Below, piece after piece: positions 13,635-26,378 of a DNA stretch of 64,000 nt. Both the position numbers and the translations under genes were made by a program. How positions within the stretch are numbered: position 1 is the stretch's first letter; each line of letters opens with the position of its first letter. Source of the DNA: Eledone cirrhosa (lineage: Eukaryota). The notes below the pieces were generated by a model, which did no database searches, was not told the DNA's origin, and saw only the letters and a list, made by a program, of their open reading frames with translations. The stretch covers positions 210,552,001 through 210,616,000 of the forward strand of contig OZ024740.1 of assembly GCA_964016885.1 (NCBI GenBank). The letters run 5' to 3'.

Positions 13635-16151
13635 TTCTTTATTAGCCACAGGGGCACAAAAGAAGGGGACAATACAAAGGGGGAAGTTTACATACAATAA
13701 AAACGTGTAAAATATTATCACAGATGGAATTTAAAAAGTTAGTCGATTTTCCCCAATAGAGGGAGACAGTTTATATGGGTAACACATACCCCCGAAAAAA
13801 AATGTGCAACCCTCATCTCCAGGAGTATGAAGAGTTTGTACTTCCTTCCTCTCCTCCTCCTTTTCCCCAACCTACAGGCTGATATAGAGAGAAGGCCCAT
13901 TCACTCGGGCCATTCTCGCCACTTTCACCCACCTTTCATAAAACTTGCTGGGGTACAGCACCTCTCTCTCCGTCCTGATTCTTCTTCCAAAGTGGTATTT
14001 GAAAAAGAGAATCAGTTGTTGGCCGGAGAGAAAGGTGTCTGACTTCAGCCCTTTCAACCTTGTCCACCATACAACCTCTTTCGCCATAGCTATCACACAA
14101 AGGAAAACCGCCTCTCCTTCGTTTTTGAAGGAGGGTGGCGGTTTGATCATGACAATGGACTCGGTGGTCAACTGGACTGGTCCTACCCGCGACAATAGTC
14201 GTTCTACATAGCCCCACAGGTCGGTGACGCCCGGGCAGTGTATGAATGCGTGCGCGACGGTTTCTTCGTCTCGCACGCACCTCGGACAGATCTTTTTTGC
14301 AGGGTCCCTGCCCGGGCGCCCATGTCTGTAGAGCTTGACTCGAACTGGTAGAGTTGCCAGGCCAGGGACTTTTGGAAGTTGTCCATCGGTCCCGGGCGGA
14401 AGGTCCTACCGAACAGACTGGCCAGTTCATCTTCCTCTATGCCTAGAGTTTCACCGAGCGCGTCGTCGCACTTGCTACGGACCAACCCTCTATAGAATGA
14501 CGAAGTGGAGTCTCCACTGATCGCCGGGTCCGCCTGCCAGAGGGCTGTGAGCGCCTGAGCACATTCGATGTGCCAGTCGCCCATTTTCCTCGGTCTTTGC
14601 TTGACCCAGGTCTGCAGCTCGGTCAGCGAGACGAGTCGTGGGAAGGCTCGCCTCACGAACGGGGCCCACACCGTCCGGTGAGGAATACGTGGAGATGCCA
14701 CAGCCTGAGCGCGTGTTTGCGAATCGTCAACCACGGCATCCCCAGCCCTCCGTTAGAAGCGTGTTGGCAGCAGATGGATCTTCTCACCAAAGGAGCTCGC
14801 CTCTTCCAAAGGAATCGGAAGAGCGCGCGCTCCATTTTGGCGAGCGTTTTGGCTGGACAAGGCACGACGGTCAAGCGGTAGTAGATGGCGGACGCTATAA
14901 AAGTGTTCGCCACCTCCGCTCGACCTTTCAAGGATAGTTTGCACTCGGCCCACTTCTGGGTGAGTGCAAACACCTTGGCCGTCACTTCATTCCAGTTCTT
15001 CTCCACCTGGAGGTCCGGCACGGACCAAACCAGACCCCGAGCAGCTTTACCGGTCCTTCCGTCCAGCGTCCGACGACGCCATCGGAAGGCATCGGTTTGC
15101 ATCTCCACGATCCGAGTTGCAAACCGATGGACTTGTCCCGGTTCAGCTTCGCTCCTGTGAAACTTTCGTATTCCTTCAGTAAGGTGGCTACTTCCTCGAT
15201 TTGCGAGGCGCTCGAAACCATTACTGTCACGTCGTTGGCGTAGGCCGCCGCCGCTTTCCGCAGTCCCGGTTCCAGAGGGATGCCCTGCAATAGCTCCAAC
15301 TTCCGCAGTAGTGGCTCGAGAGTCAGTACGTACAGAAGGGAGGAGAGAGGGCATCCCTGTCGAATGGATCGCGTAATATGGAACGGCTCCGAGAGGTGGC
15401 CGTTCACCTTGACCCTTGAGCAGATGTTGCTGTTGTGCATTGCAGCAATCCAGACCCTGAACACGGGTCCGAAGCCTCCCGCCTCGAGCACCGCATCCAG
15501 GTAACGATGGTCAACCCTATCGAAAGCCTTAGACTGATCCAAGTTGATCAGGGCCCCACCGAAGCCGGGTTTACACCCAACCCTCTCTATGATGTATCGC
15601 ATGAGGTGGAGGTTGTCGTGTATGGACCTGGTCGGGATTGCGCATGTCTGCGCTTCTCCCACCAGGTTCTCGACGACAAGGGCCAGCCTCTTTGCCGACA
15701 CCTTGGCCAAAATCTGTAACTGTGTTTAGCAGAGTTATGGGCCGGGAGTTGCCTATGTCATCCCCCTTATTCTCGTCCTTCCTGATTAGTGTGACCACGC
15801 CCCCGGTTACAGAACTGGGAATTCTCCCGTTCTGTTGCCAGTTGCAGTAGACCGCTTCTAGGAGACCGGAGAATAAGTCCGGCATTGCTACGTAAAATTC
15901 GTAGGGTAGACCATCGAGACCTGGAGATTTGCGTTTGCTGCATTGGCTCAGCACGTCCCCTATCTCAGTGGCTGAAATCGGTTTTTCGCAGAACTTTGCC
16001 TCGCTGTCCGAGAGTCGCGGTAGGCCGTCGAGGTATGGACCGATATCCATAGCCTCTCCCGGCGCGCCACTCCCCCCGTACAGTCGAGCAAAGTGCCGCT
16101 GAAAAGCCGCACACATCTGCTTCGGCTCAAGTATCACGCGTCCGTTTGGAA
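13635..16151 (-). mobile_element. Tx1-type retrotransposon, 5'-truncated, decayed (subfamily B, copy 2)
   Basis: Fragmented ORF2: KSPGLDGLPYEFY, LDQSKAFDRVDH, RSIRQGCPLS, AYANDV, ETVAHAFIHC. Several frameshifts; stop at 13872; 3' end GTGGCTAATAAAGAAAT. Confidence 0.92.
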
Positions 16152-19100
16152 ATATATATATAGTTTGTTGTGAGATAGACAGATAGATATATAGTTTGTT
16201 GTGAGATAGACAGATAGATATATAGTTTGTTGAGAGATAGACAGATAGATATATAGTTTGTTGAGAGATAGACAGATAGATATATAGTTTGTTGAGAGAT
16301 AGACAGATAGATATATAGTTTGTTGTGAAATAGATAGATATATAGTATGTTGAGAGATAGACAGATAGATATATAGTTTGTTGAGAGATAGACAGATAGA
16401 TATATAGTTTGTTGAGAGATAGACAGATAGATATATAGTTTGTTGAGAGATAGACAGATAGATATATAGTTTGTTGAGAGATAGACAGATAGATATATAG
16501 TTTGTTGAGAGATAGACAGATAGATATATAGTTTGTTGTGAGATAGATAGATAGACAGATAGATATATAGTTTGTTGAGAGAGACAGATAGATATATAGT
16601 TTGTTGAGAGATAGACAGATAGATATATAGTTTGTTGTGACATAGATAGATAGACAGATAGATATATAGTTTGTTGAGAGATAGACAGATAGATATATAG
16701 TTTGTTGAGAGATAGACAGATAGATATATAGTTTATGGTGAGATAGATAGATATATAGTTTGTTGAGAGATAGACAGATAGATATATAGTTTATTGAGAG
16801 ATAGACAGATAGATATATAGTTTGTTGAGAGATAGACAGATAGATATATAGTTTGTTGAGAGATAGACAGATAGATATATAGTTTGTTGTGAAATAGATA
16901 GATATATAGTATGTTGAGAGATAGACAGATAGATATATAGTTTGTTGTGAGATAGACAGATAGATATATAGTTTGTTGAGAGATAGATAGATAGATATAT
17001 AGTTTGTTGAGAGATAGACAGATAGATATATAGTTTGTTGTGAGATAGACAGATAGATATATAGTTTGTTGTGAGATAGACAGATAGATATATAGTTTGT
17101 TGAGAGATAGACAGATAGATATATAGTTTGTTGAGAGATAGATAGATAGATATATAGTTTGTTGTGAGACAGACAGATAGATATATAGTTTATTGAGAGA
17201 TAGACAGATAGATATATAGTTTGTTGAGAGATAGATAGATATATAGTTTGTTGAGAGATAGATAGATAGATATATAGTTTGTTGTGAGATAGACAGATAG
17301 ATATATAGTTTGTTGTGAGATAGGTAGATATATAGTTTGTTGAGAGATAGACAGATAGATATATAGTTTGTTGAGAGATAGATAGATAGATATATAGTTT
17401 GTTGATAGATAGACAGATAGATATATAGTTTGTTGTGAGATAGACAGATAGATAGATAGATATATAGTTTATTGAGAGATAGATAGATAGATATATAGTT
17501 TGTTGAGAGATAGATAGATAGATATATAGTTTGTTGAGAGATAGATAGATATATATATAGTTTGTTGTGAGATAGACAGATAGATATATAGTTTGTTGTG
17601 AGATAGACAGATATATATATATAGTTTGTTGAGAGATAGATAGATAGATATATAGTTTGTTGAGAGATAGATAGATATATAGTTTGTTGTGAGATAGACA
17701 GATAGATATATAGTTTGTTGAGAGATAGATAGATAGATATATAGTTTGTTGAGAGATAGACAGATAGATATATAGTTTGTTGTGAGATAGATAGATATAT
17801 AGTTTGTTGAGAGATAGATAGATATATAGTTTGTTGTGAGATAGATAGATATAGAGTTTGTTGTGAGATAGATAGATATATAGTTTGTTGAGAGATAGAT
17901 AGATATATAGTTTGTTGAGAGATAGATAGATAGATATATAGTTTGTTGAGAGATAGATAGATATATAGTTTGTTTTGAGATAGATAGATATATAGTTTGT
18001 TGTGAGATAGATAGATATATAGTTTGTTGAGAGATAGACAGATAGATATATAGTTTGTTGAGAGATAGATAGATAGATATATAGTTTGTTGATAGATAGA
18101 CAGATAGATATATAGTTTGTTGTGAGATAGACAGATAGATAGATAGATATATAGTTTGTTGAGAGATAGATAGATAGATATATAGTTTGTTGAGAGATAG
18201 ATAGATAGATATATAGTTTGTTGAGAGATAGATAGATAGATAGATATATAGTTTCTTGTGAGATAGACAGATAGATATATAGTTTGTTGTGAGATAGACA
18301 GATATATATATATAGTTTGTTGAGAGATAGACAGATATATATATAGTTTGTTGTGAGATAGACAGATATATATATATAGTTTGTTGAGAGATAGATAGAT
18401 ATATAGTTTGTTGTGAGATAGATAGATATATAGTTTGTTGAGAGATAGACAGATAGATATATAGTTTGTTGTGAGATAGATATATAGTTTATTGAGAGAT
18501 AGATATATAGTTTGTTGTGAGATAGATAGATAGATATATAGTTTGTTGAGAGATAGACAGATAGATATATAGTTTGTTGAGAGATAGATAGATATATAGT
18601 TTGTTGTGAGATAGATAGATATATAGTTTGTTGTGAGATAGATATATAGTTTATTGAGAGATAGATAGATAGATAGATATATAGTTTGTTGTGAGATAGA
18701 TAGATAGACAGATAGATATATAGTTTGTTGAGAGATAGACAGATAGATATATAGTTTGTTGTGAGATAGATAGATAGACAGATAGATATATAGTTTGTTG
18801 AGAGATGAACAGATAGATATATAGTTTGTTGAGAGATAGACAGATAGATATATAGTTTGTTGAGAGATAGACAGATAGATATATAGTTTGTTGTGAGATA
18901 GATAGATATATAGTTTGTTGAGAGATAGACAGATAGATATATAGTTTGTTGTGAGATAGACAGATAGATATATAGTTTGTTGTGAGATAGACAGATAGAT
19001 ATATAGTTTGTTGTGAGATAGACAGATAGATATATAGTTTGTTGAGAGATAGACAGATAGATATATAGTTTGTTGAGAGATAGATAGATAGATATATAGT

Positions 19101-22100
19101 TTGTTGTGAGATAGACAGATAGATATATAGTTTATTGAGAGATAGACAGATAGATATATAGTTTGTTGAGAGATAGATAGATATATAGTTTGTTGAGAGA
19201 TAGATAGATAGATATATAGTTTGTTGTGAGATAGACAGATAGATATATAGTTTGTTGTGAGATAGGTAGATATATAGTTTGTTGTGAGATAGATAGATAT
19301 ATAGTTTGTTGTGAGATAGATAGATATATAGTTTGTTGAGAGATAGACAGATAGATATATAGTTTGTTGTGAGATAGATAGATAGACAGATAGATATATA
19401 GTTTGTTGAGAGATAGACAGATAGATATATAGTTTGTTGAGAGATAGACAGATAGATATATAGTTTGTTGTGAGATAGACAGATAGATATATAGTTTGTT
19501 GTGAGATAGATAGATAGATATATAGTTTGTTGTGAGATAGACAGATAGATATATAGTTTATTGAGAGATAGATAGATAGATATATAGTTTGTTGAGAGAT
19601 AGACAGATAGATATATAGTTTGTTGTGAGATAGACAGATAGATATATAGTTTGTTGTGAGATAGACAGATAGATATATAGTTTGTTGTGAGATAGACAGA
19701 TAGATATATAGTTTGTTGAGAGATAGACAGATAGATATATAGTTTGTTGAGAGATAGATAGATATATAGTTTGTTGTGAGATAGACAGATAGATATATAG
19801 TTTGTTGTGAGATAGGTAGATATATAGTTTGTTGTGAGATAGATAGATATATAGTTTGTTGTGAGATAGATAGATATATAGTTTGTTGAGAGATAGACAG
19901 ATAGATATATAGTTTGTTGAGAGATAGATAGATAGATATATAGTTTGTTGATAGATAGACAGATAGATATATAGTTTGTTGTGAGATAGACAGATAGATA
20001 GATAGATATATAGTTTATTGAGAGATAGATAGATAGATATATAGTTTGTTGAGAGATAGATAGATAGATATATAGTTTGTTGAGAGATAGATAGATAGAT
20101 ATATAGTTTGTTGTGAGATAGACAGATATATATATATAGTTTGTTGAGAGATAGACAGATATATATATAGTTTGTTGTGAGATAGATAGATAGATATATA
20201 GTTTGTTGAGAGATAGATAGATATATAGTTTGTTGTGAGATAGACAGATAGATATATAGTTTGTTGAGAGATAGATAGATAGATATATAGTTTGTTGAGA
20301 GCTAGACAGATAGATATATAGTTTGTTGTGACATAGATAGATAGATATATAGTTTGTTGAGAGATAGACAGATAGATATATAGTTTGTTGTGAGATAGAT
20401 AGATATATAGTTTGTTGAGAGATAGATAGATATATAGTTTGTTGAGAGATAGATAGATATATAGTTTGTCGTGTGATAGATAGATATATAGTTTGTTGTG
20501 AGATAGATAGATATATAGTTTGTTGAGAGATAGACAGATAGATATATAGTTTGTTGAGAGATAGATAGATAGATATATAGTTTGTTGAGAGATAGATAGA
20601 TAGATATATAGTTTGTTGATAGATAGACAGATAGATATATAGTTTGTTGAGAGATAGATAGATAGATATATAGTTTGTTGAGAGATAGATAGATAGATAT
20701 ATAGTTTGTTGAGAGATAGATAGATAGATAGATATATATATAGTTTGTTGTGAGATAGACAGATAGATATATAGTTTGTTGTGAGATAGACAGATATATA
20801 TATATATAGTTTGTTGAGAGATAGACAGATATATATATAGTTTGTTGTGAGATAGACAGATATATATATATAGTTTGTTGAGAGATAGATAGATATATAG
20901 TTTGTTGTGAGATAGATAGATAGATATATAGTTTGTTGAGAGATAGACAGATAGATATATAGTTTGTTGTGAGATAGATATATAGTTTATTGAGAGATAG
21001 ATATATAGTTTGTTGTGAGATAGATAGATAGATATATAGTTTGTTGAGAGATAGACAGATAGATATATAGTTTGTTGAGAGATAGATAGATATATAGTTT
21101 GTTGTGAGATAGATATATAGTTTATTGAGAGATAGATAGATAGATATATAGTTTGTTGTGAGATAGATAGATAGATAGATATATAGTTTGTTGAGAGATA
21201 GACAGATAGATATATAGTTTGAGAGATAGACAGATAGATATATAGTTTGTTGTGAGATAGATAGATAGATATATAGTTTGTTGTGAGAGAGACAGATAGA
21301 TATATAGTTTACTGAGAGATAGACAGATAGATATATAGTTTGTTGAGAGATAGACAGATAGATATATAGTTTGTTGAGAGATAGATATATAGTTTGTTGA
21401 GAGATAGACAGATATATAGTTTGTTGTGAGATAGATAGATAGATATATAGTTTGTTGAGAGATAGATAGATAGATATATAGTTTGTTGTGAGATAGACAG
21501 ATAGATATATAGTTTACTGAGAGGTAGACAGATAGATATATAGTTTATTGAGAGATAGACAGATAGATATATAGTTTGTTGTGAGATAGACAGATATATA
21601 GTTTGTTGTGAGATAGATAGATAGATATATAGTTTGTTGAGAGATAGACAGATAGATATATAGTTTGTTGTGAGATAGATAGATAGATATATAGTTTGTT
21701 GAGAGATAGATAGATATATAGTTTGTTGAGAGATAGACAGATAGATATATAGTTTGTTGAGAGATAGACAGATAGATATATAGTTTGTTGTGAGATAGAC
21801 AGATAGATATATAGTTTGTTGTGAGATAGACAGATAGATATATAGTTTGTTGTGAGATAGATAGATAGATATATAGTTTGTTGAGACATAGACAGATAGA
21901 TATATAGTTTGTTGTGAGATAGATAGATAGATATATAGTTTGTTGAGAGATAGACAGATAGATATATAGTTTGTTGAGAGATACACAGATAGATATATCG
22001 TTTATTGAGAGATAGACAGATAGATATATAGTTTGTTGAGAGATAGACAGATAGATATATAGTTTGTCGTGAGATAGATAGATATATATATAGTTTGTTG

Positions 22101-23761
22101 AGAGATAGACAGATAGATATATAGTTTGTTGAGAGACAGATAGATATATAGTTTGTTGAGAGATAGACAGATAGATATATAGTTTGTTGAGAGATAGACA
22201 GATAGATATATAGTTTGTTGAGAGATAGACAGATAGATATATAGTTTGTTGTGAGATAGACAGATAGATATATAGTTTATTGAGAGATAGATAGATAGAT
22301 ATATAGTTTGTTGAGAGATAGACAGATAGATATATAGTTTATTGAGAGATAGATAGATAGATATATAGTTTGTTGTGAGATAGATAGATAGATAGATATA
22401 TAGTTTGTTGAGAGATAGACAGATAGATATATAGTTTGAGAGATAGACAGATAGATATATAGTTTGTTGTGAGATAGATAGATAGATATATAGTTTGTTG
22501 TGAGAGAGACAGATAGATATATAGTTTACTGAGAGATAGACAGATAGATATATAGTTTGTTGAGAGATAGACAGATAGATATATAGTTTGTTGAGAGATA
22601 GATATATAGTTTGTTGAGAGATAGACAGATATATAGTTTGTTGTGAGATAGATAGATAGATATATAGTTTGTTGAGAGATAGATAGATAGATATATAGTT
22701 TGTTGTGAGATAGACAGATAGATATATAGTTTACTGAGAGGTAGACAGATAGATATATAGTTTATTGAGAGATAGACAGATAGATATATAGTTTGTTGTG
22801 AGATAGACAGATATATAGTTTGTTGTGAGATAGATAGATAGATATATAGTTTGTTGAGAGATAGACAGATAGATATATAGTTTGTTGTGAGATAGATAGA
22901 TAGATATATAGTTTGTTGAGAGATAGATAGATATATAGTTTGTTGAGAGATAGACAGATAGATATATAGTTTGTTGAGAGATAGACAGATAGATATATAG
23001 TTTGTTGTGAGATAGACAGATAGATATATAGTTTGTTGTGAGATAGACAGATAGATATATAGTTTGTTGTGAGATAGATAGATAGATATATAGTTTGTTG
23101 AGACATAGACAGATAGATATATAGTTTGTTGTGAGATAGATAGATAGATATATAGTTTGTTGAGAGATAGACAGATAGATATATAGTTTGTTGAGAGATA
23201 CACAGATAGATATATCGTTTATTGAGAGATAGACAGATAGATATATAGTTTGTTGAGAGATAGACAGATAGATATATAGTTTGTCGTGAGATAGATAGAT
23301 ATATATATAGTTTGTTGAGAGATAGACAGATAGATATATAGTTTGTTGAGAGACAGATAGATATATAGTTTGTTGAGAGATAGACAGATAGATATATAGT
23401 TTGTTGAGAGATAGACAGATAGATATATAGTTTGTTGAGAGATAGACAGATAGATATATAGTTTGTTGTGAGATAGACAGATAGATATATAGTTTATTGA
23501 GAGATAGATAGATAGATATATAGTTTGTTGAGAGATAGACAGATAGATATATAGTTTATTGAGAGATAGATAGATAGATATATAGTTTGTTGTGAGATAG
23601 ACAGATATATATATAGTTTGTTGAGAGATAGATAGATAGATATATAGTTTGTTGTGAGATAGATAGATATATAGTTTGTTGAGAGATAGATAGATAGATA
23701 TATAGTTTGTTGAGAGATAGATAGATAGATATATAGTTTGTTGTGAGATAGACAGATAGAT
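16152..23761. repeat. 31-bp satellite block containing a 1217-bp tandem duplication
   Basis: Same monomer; identical translated ORFs at 21309 and 22526 (offset 1217). Confidence 0.97.
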
Positions 23762-26378
23762 TTCTTTATTAGCCACAAGGGCGCAACAAGAAAGGGGACA
23801 ATACAAAGACATGCCGGGGATTTTACATACAGTCGTGTAAAAAATATAAAAACAAACAATTTCAACAATCGAAATCCCCAATAGGGCGGAGGCGCCACAA
23901 ATGGGTTGTTTAATACCCCGTCGATAGAACAACCCTCAACTCAAGGAGCGTGTTGTGCAAGTGCTCCTTTCTTCCTTTTGCTCTCTTCCTCAACCTACAG
24001 GCTTATAAACAGAGAAGGCCCAATCACTCGGGCCATTTTCGCTTCATTCACCCACCTTTCAGTAAATTTACTGGGGTGCAGTGCCTCTCTCTCCACCCTG
24101 ATTCTCCTTCTAAAGTGATACTTAAAGAATGGAATCAATTGTTGTCCGGAGAGAAAGGCATCTGTCCTCAGTCCTCTCAACCTCGTCCACCATAGCCACC
24201 GTACAGAGGAAAACCGCCTCTCTTTCGTTTTTGAAAGAGTCTGGCGGTTTGATCCTTACTATGGACTCGGCAGTCAACTGTATTTGTCCCATACGCGACA
24301 GCAGTTGTTCTGCATAGTTCCACAGGTCGCTTACGCCCGGGCAGTGTACAATTGCGTGCAGAACTGTTTCAATGTCCTGCGCACATCTTGGACACGTCCT
24401 CTTGGAAGGATCCCTGCCAGGGCGTCCGTGCCTGTAGATCTTGTCACGAACCGGTAGAGCTCCTCGGTAGCACTGCCAGGCCAGGCACCTCTGGAAGTTG
24501 TCCATAGGTCCCGGGCGGAAAGTCCTACCAAACATACTGGTGAGCTCATCGTCTTCGACACCCAGAGTCTCTCCGAGCACGTCGTCGCCCTTGTAACGTA
24601 CAATCCCTGTATAGAATGTCGAAGTGGAGTCTCCACTGATTGCTGCGCCCGCTTGCCAGAGGACTGTGAGCGCCTGAGCGCATTCAATGTGCCAGGCGCC
24701 CATCGTTTTCGGTCTTTTCTTCACCCAGGACTGCAGCTCCGTTAGCGAGACAAGCTGTGGGAAAGCCTGTCTCACAAACGGTGCCCACACCGGTTGGGGG
24801 TCGGTGAGGAATACCTGGAGATGCCGCAGCCTTAGCGCATGTTTGCGCATCATCAGCCACGGCATTCCCAGCCCTCCGTTGGAAGGGTGCTGACAGCAGA
24901 CGGATCTCCTCACCAGCGGAGCCTGCTTCTTCCACAGAAACTGGAAGAGCATGCGTTCCATCTTGGCGAGGTGTTCACGGGGACAAGGCACGACAGTCAA
25001 GCGGTAGTAGATGACGGACGCTATGAAAGTGTTCGCCACCTCCGCTCGACCTTTCAAGGACAGTTTGCACTCTGCCCACTTCTGAGTGAGTGCAAACACC
25101 TTGGCCGTGACCTCGTTCCAGTTTTTCTCCACCTGGAGGTCTGGACCGAACCAGACCCCGAGCAATTTCACCGGTCCGTCCGTCCAGCGTCCAATGACGC
25201 TGTCGGATGTCATCGGTTTGCCTCTCCACGTGCCGAGTTGCAAACCGACAGACTTGTCTGGGTTTAGTTTTGCTCCCGTCAGCGTTTCGTATTCTTTCAG
25301 TAAGTTGCCGATCACCCCGATTTCCGAGGTGCTCGACACCATTACTGTCACGTCGTCGGCATAAGCCGACGCCGCTTTGCGCAGTCCCGGTTCTAGGGGG
25401 ATGCCCTGCAACAGCTCCAATTTCCGCAGTAGTGGCTCTAGAGTCAATACATACAGAATGGAGGAGAGAGGGCATCCCTGTCGAATGGAACGCGTGATTG
25501 CGAACGGCTCCGATAGGTAGCCGTTCACCTTGACCCTCGAGCAGATGCTGGTGTGCATCGCCTCGATCCATCCTCTGAACACGGGACCGAAACCGGCCGC
25601 CTTGAGAACCGCTTCCAAGTATCGATGGTCGACCCTATCGAATGCCTTAGACTGATCCAAGTTGATCAGAGCCCCACCGAAGCCGGGTTTACTACCCACC
25701 CTCTCTATGATGTATCGCATGAGGTGGAGGTTGTCGTGTATGGACCTGGTCGGGATTGCACACGTTTGCGCTTTCCCTACCAGGTTCTCGACGACAAGCG
25801 CCAATCTCGTCGCTAGCACCTTGGCCAAAATCTTTAACCCTGTGTTGAGTAGAGTTATGGGCCTGAAGTTGTTAATTTCGTCCCCCTTGTTCTCGTCTTT
25901 CCTGATCAGCGTTACTACGCCCTTGCCTGCAGAACTGGGAATTCTCCCGTTCTGCTGCCAATTGCAGTAGACGGCTTCGAGGACGCCAGAGAACAAGTCC
26001 GGCATGCCTATGTAAAATTCGTAGGGTAGACCATCTAGACCGGGTGACTTGCGTTTCCCGCAGCGGCCCAGAGCGTCCCGTATCTCAGTGTCCGTAATCG
26101 GTCTTTCGCAGAACTCGGCGCCCGTGTTCGAGAGACGCGGCAGGCCGTCGAGGTATGAACTAAAGTCCATTGCCCCGTTCGGCTCACCGTCGTTCTGCTC
26201 AAACAGTCGCGCAAAGTGCCGCTGAAAGGCCGCGCACATTTGCTTGGGGTCAAGTAGCACGCGTCCGTTTTGATCTTTCAAAGACAGAATCGTGGACTTG
26301 TTGCCACTTTTTGCCTCCGCCACCCGGTCCCAGCTGACAGCTTTCGCTCCATCGTTTCCTAGAGCACGTGTTTTGCTT
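23762..26378 (-). mobile_element. Tx1-type retrotransposon, 5'-truncated, young (subfamily A, copy 3)
   Basis: Contains the RT ORF below. 3' end GTGGCTAATAAAGAAAT. Flanked by an ~8-bp AGATAGAT duplication. Confidence 0.93.
23995..26378 (-). pseudogene. Tx1 ORF2 RT and zf-RVT region (endonuclease lost by truncation, 17-bp deletion at ~24193)
   Basis: 733-aa ORF with KSPGLDGLPYEFY, NFRPITLLNT, LDQSKAFDRVDH, RQGCPLS, AYADD, KLLGVWF and CPRC...H...C. The true C-terminus is in ORF 23995..24180. Confidence 0.92.

Noticed and set aside
14204-15850. Overlapping and antisense ORFs within the Tx1 and RTE copies
   Set aside because: Alternative frames of GC-richer RT sequence, or frameshift fragments of ORF2.
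16130-16151. Tx1 copies 2 and 3 truncate within ~110 nt of the same ORF2 position
   Set aside because: Only two events, not identical, and copy 1 truncates elsewhere; insufficient to claim an RT pause site.
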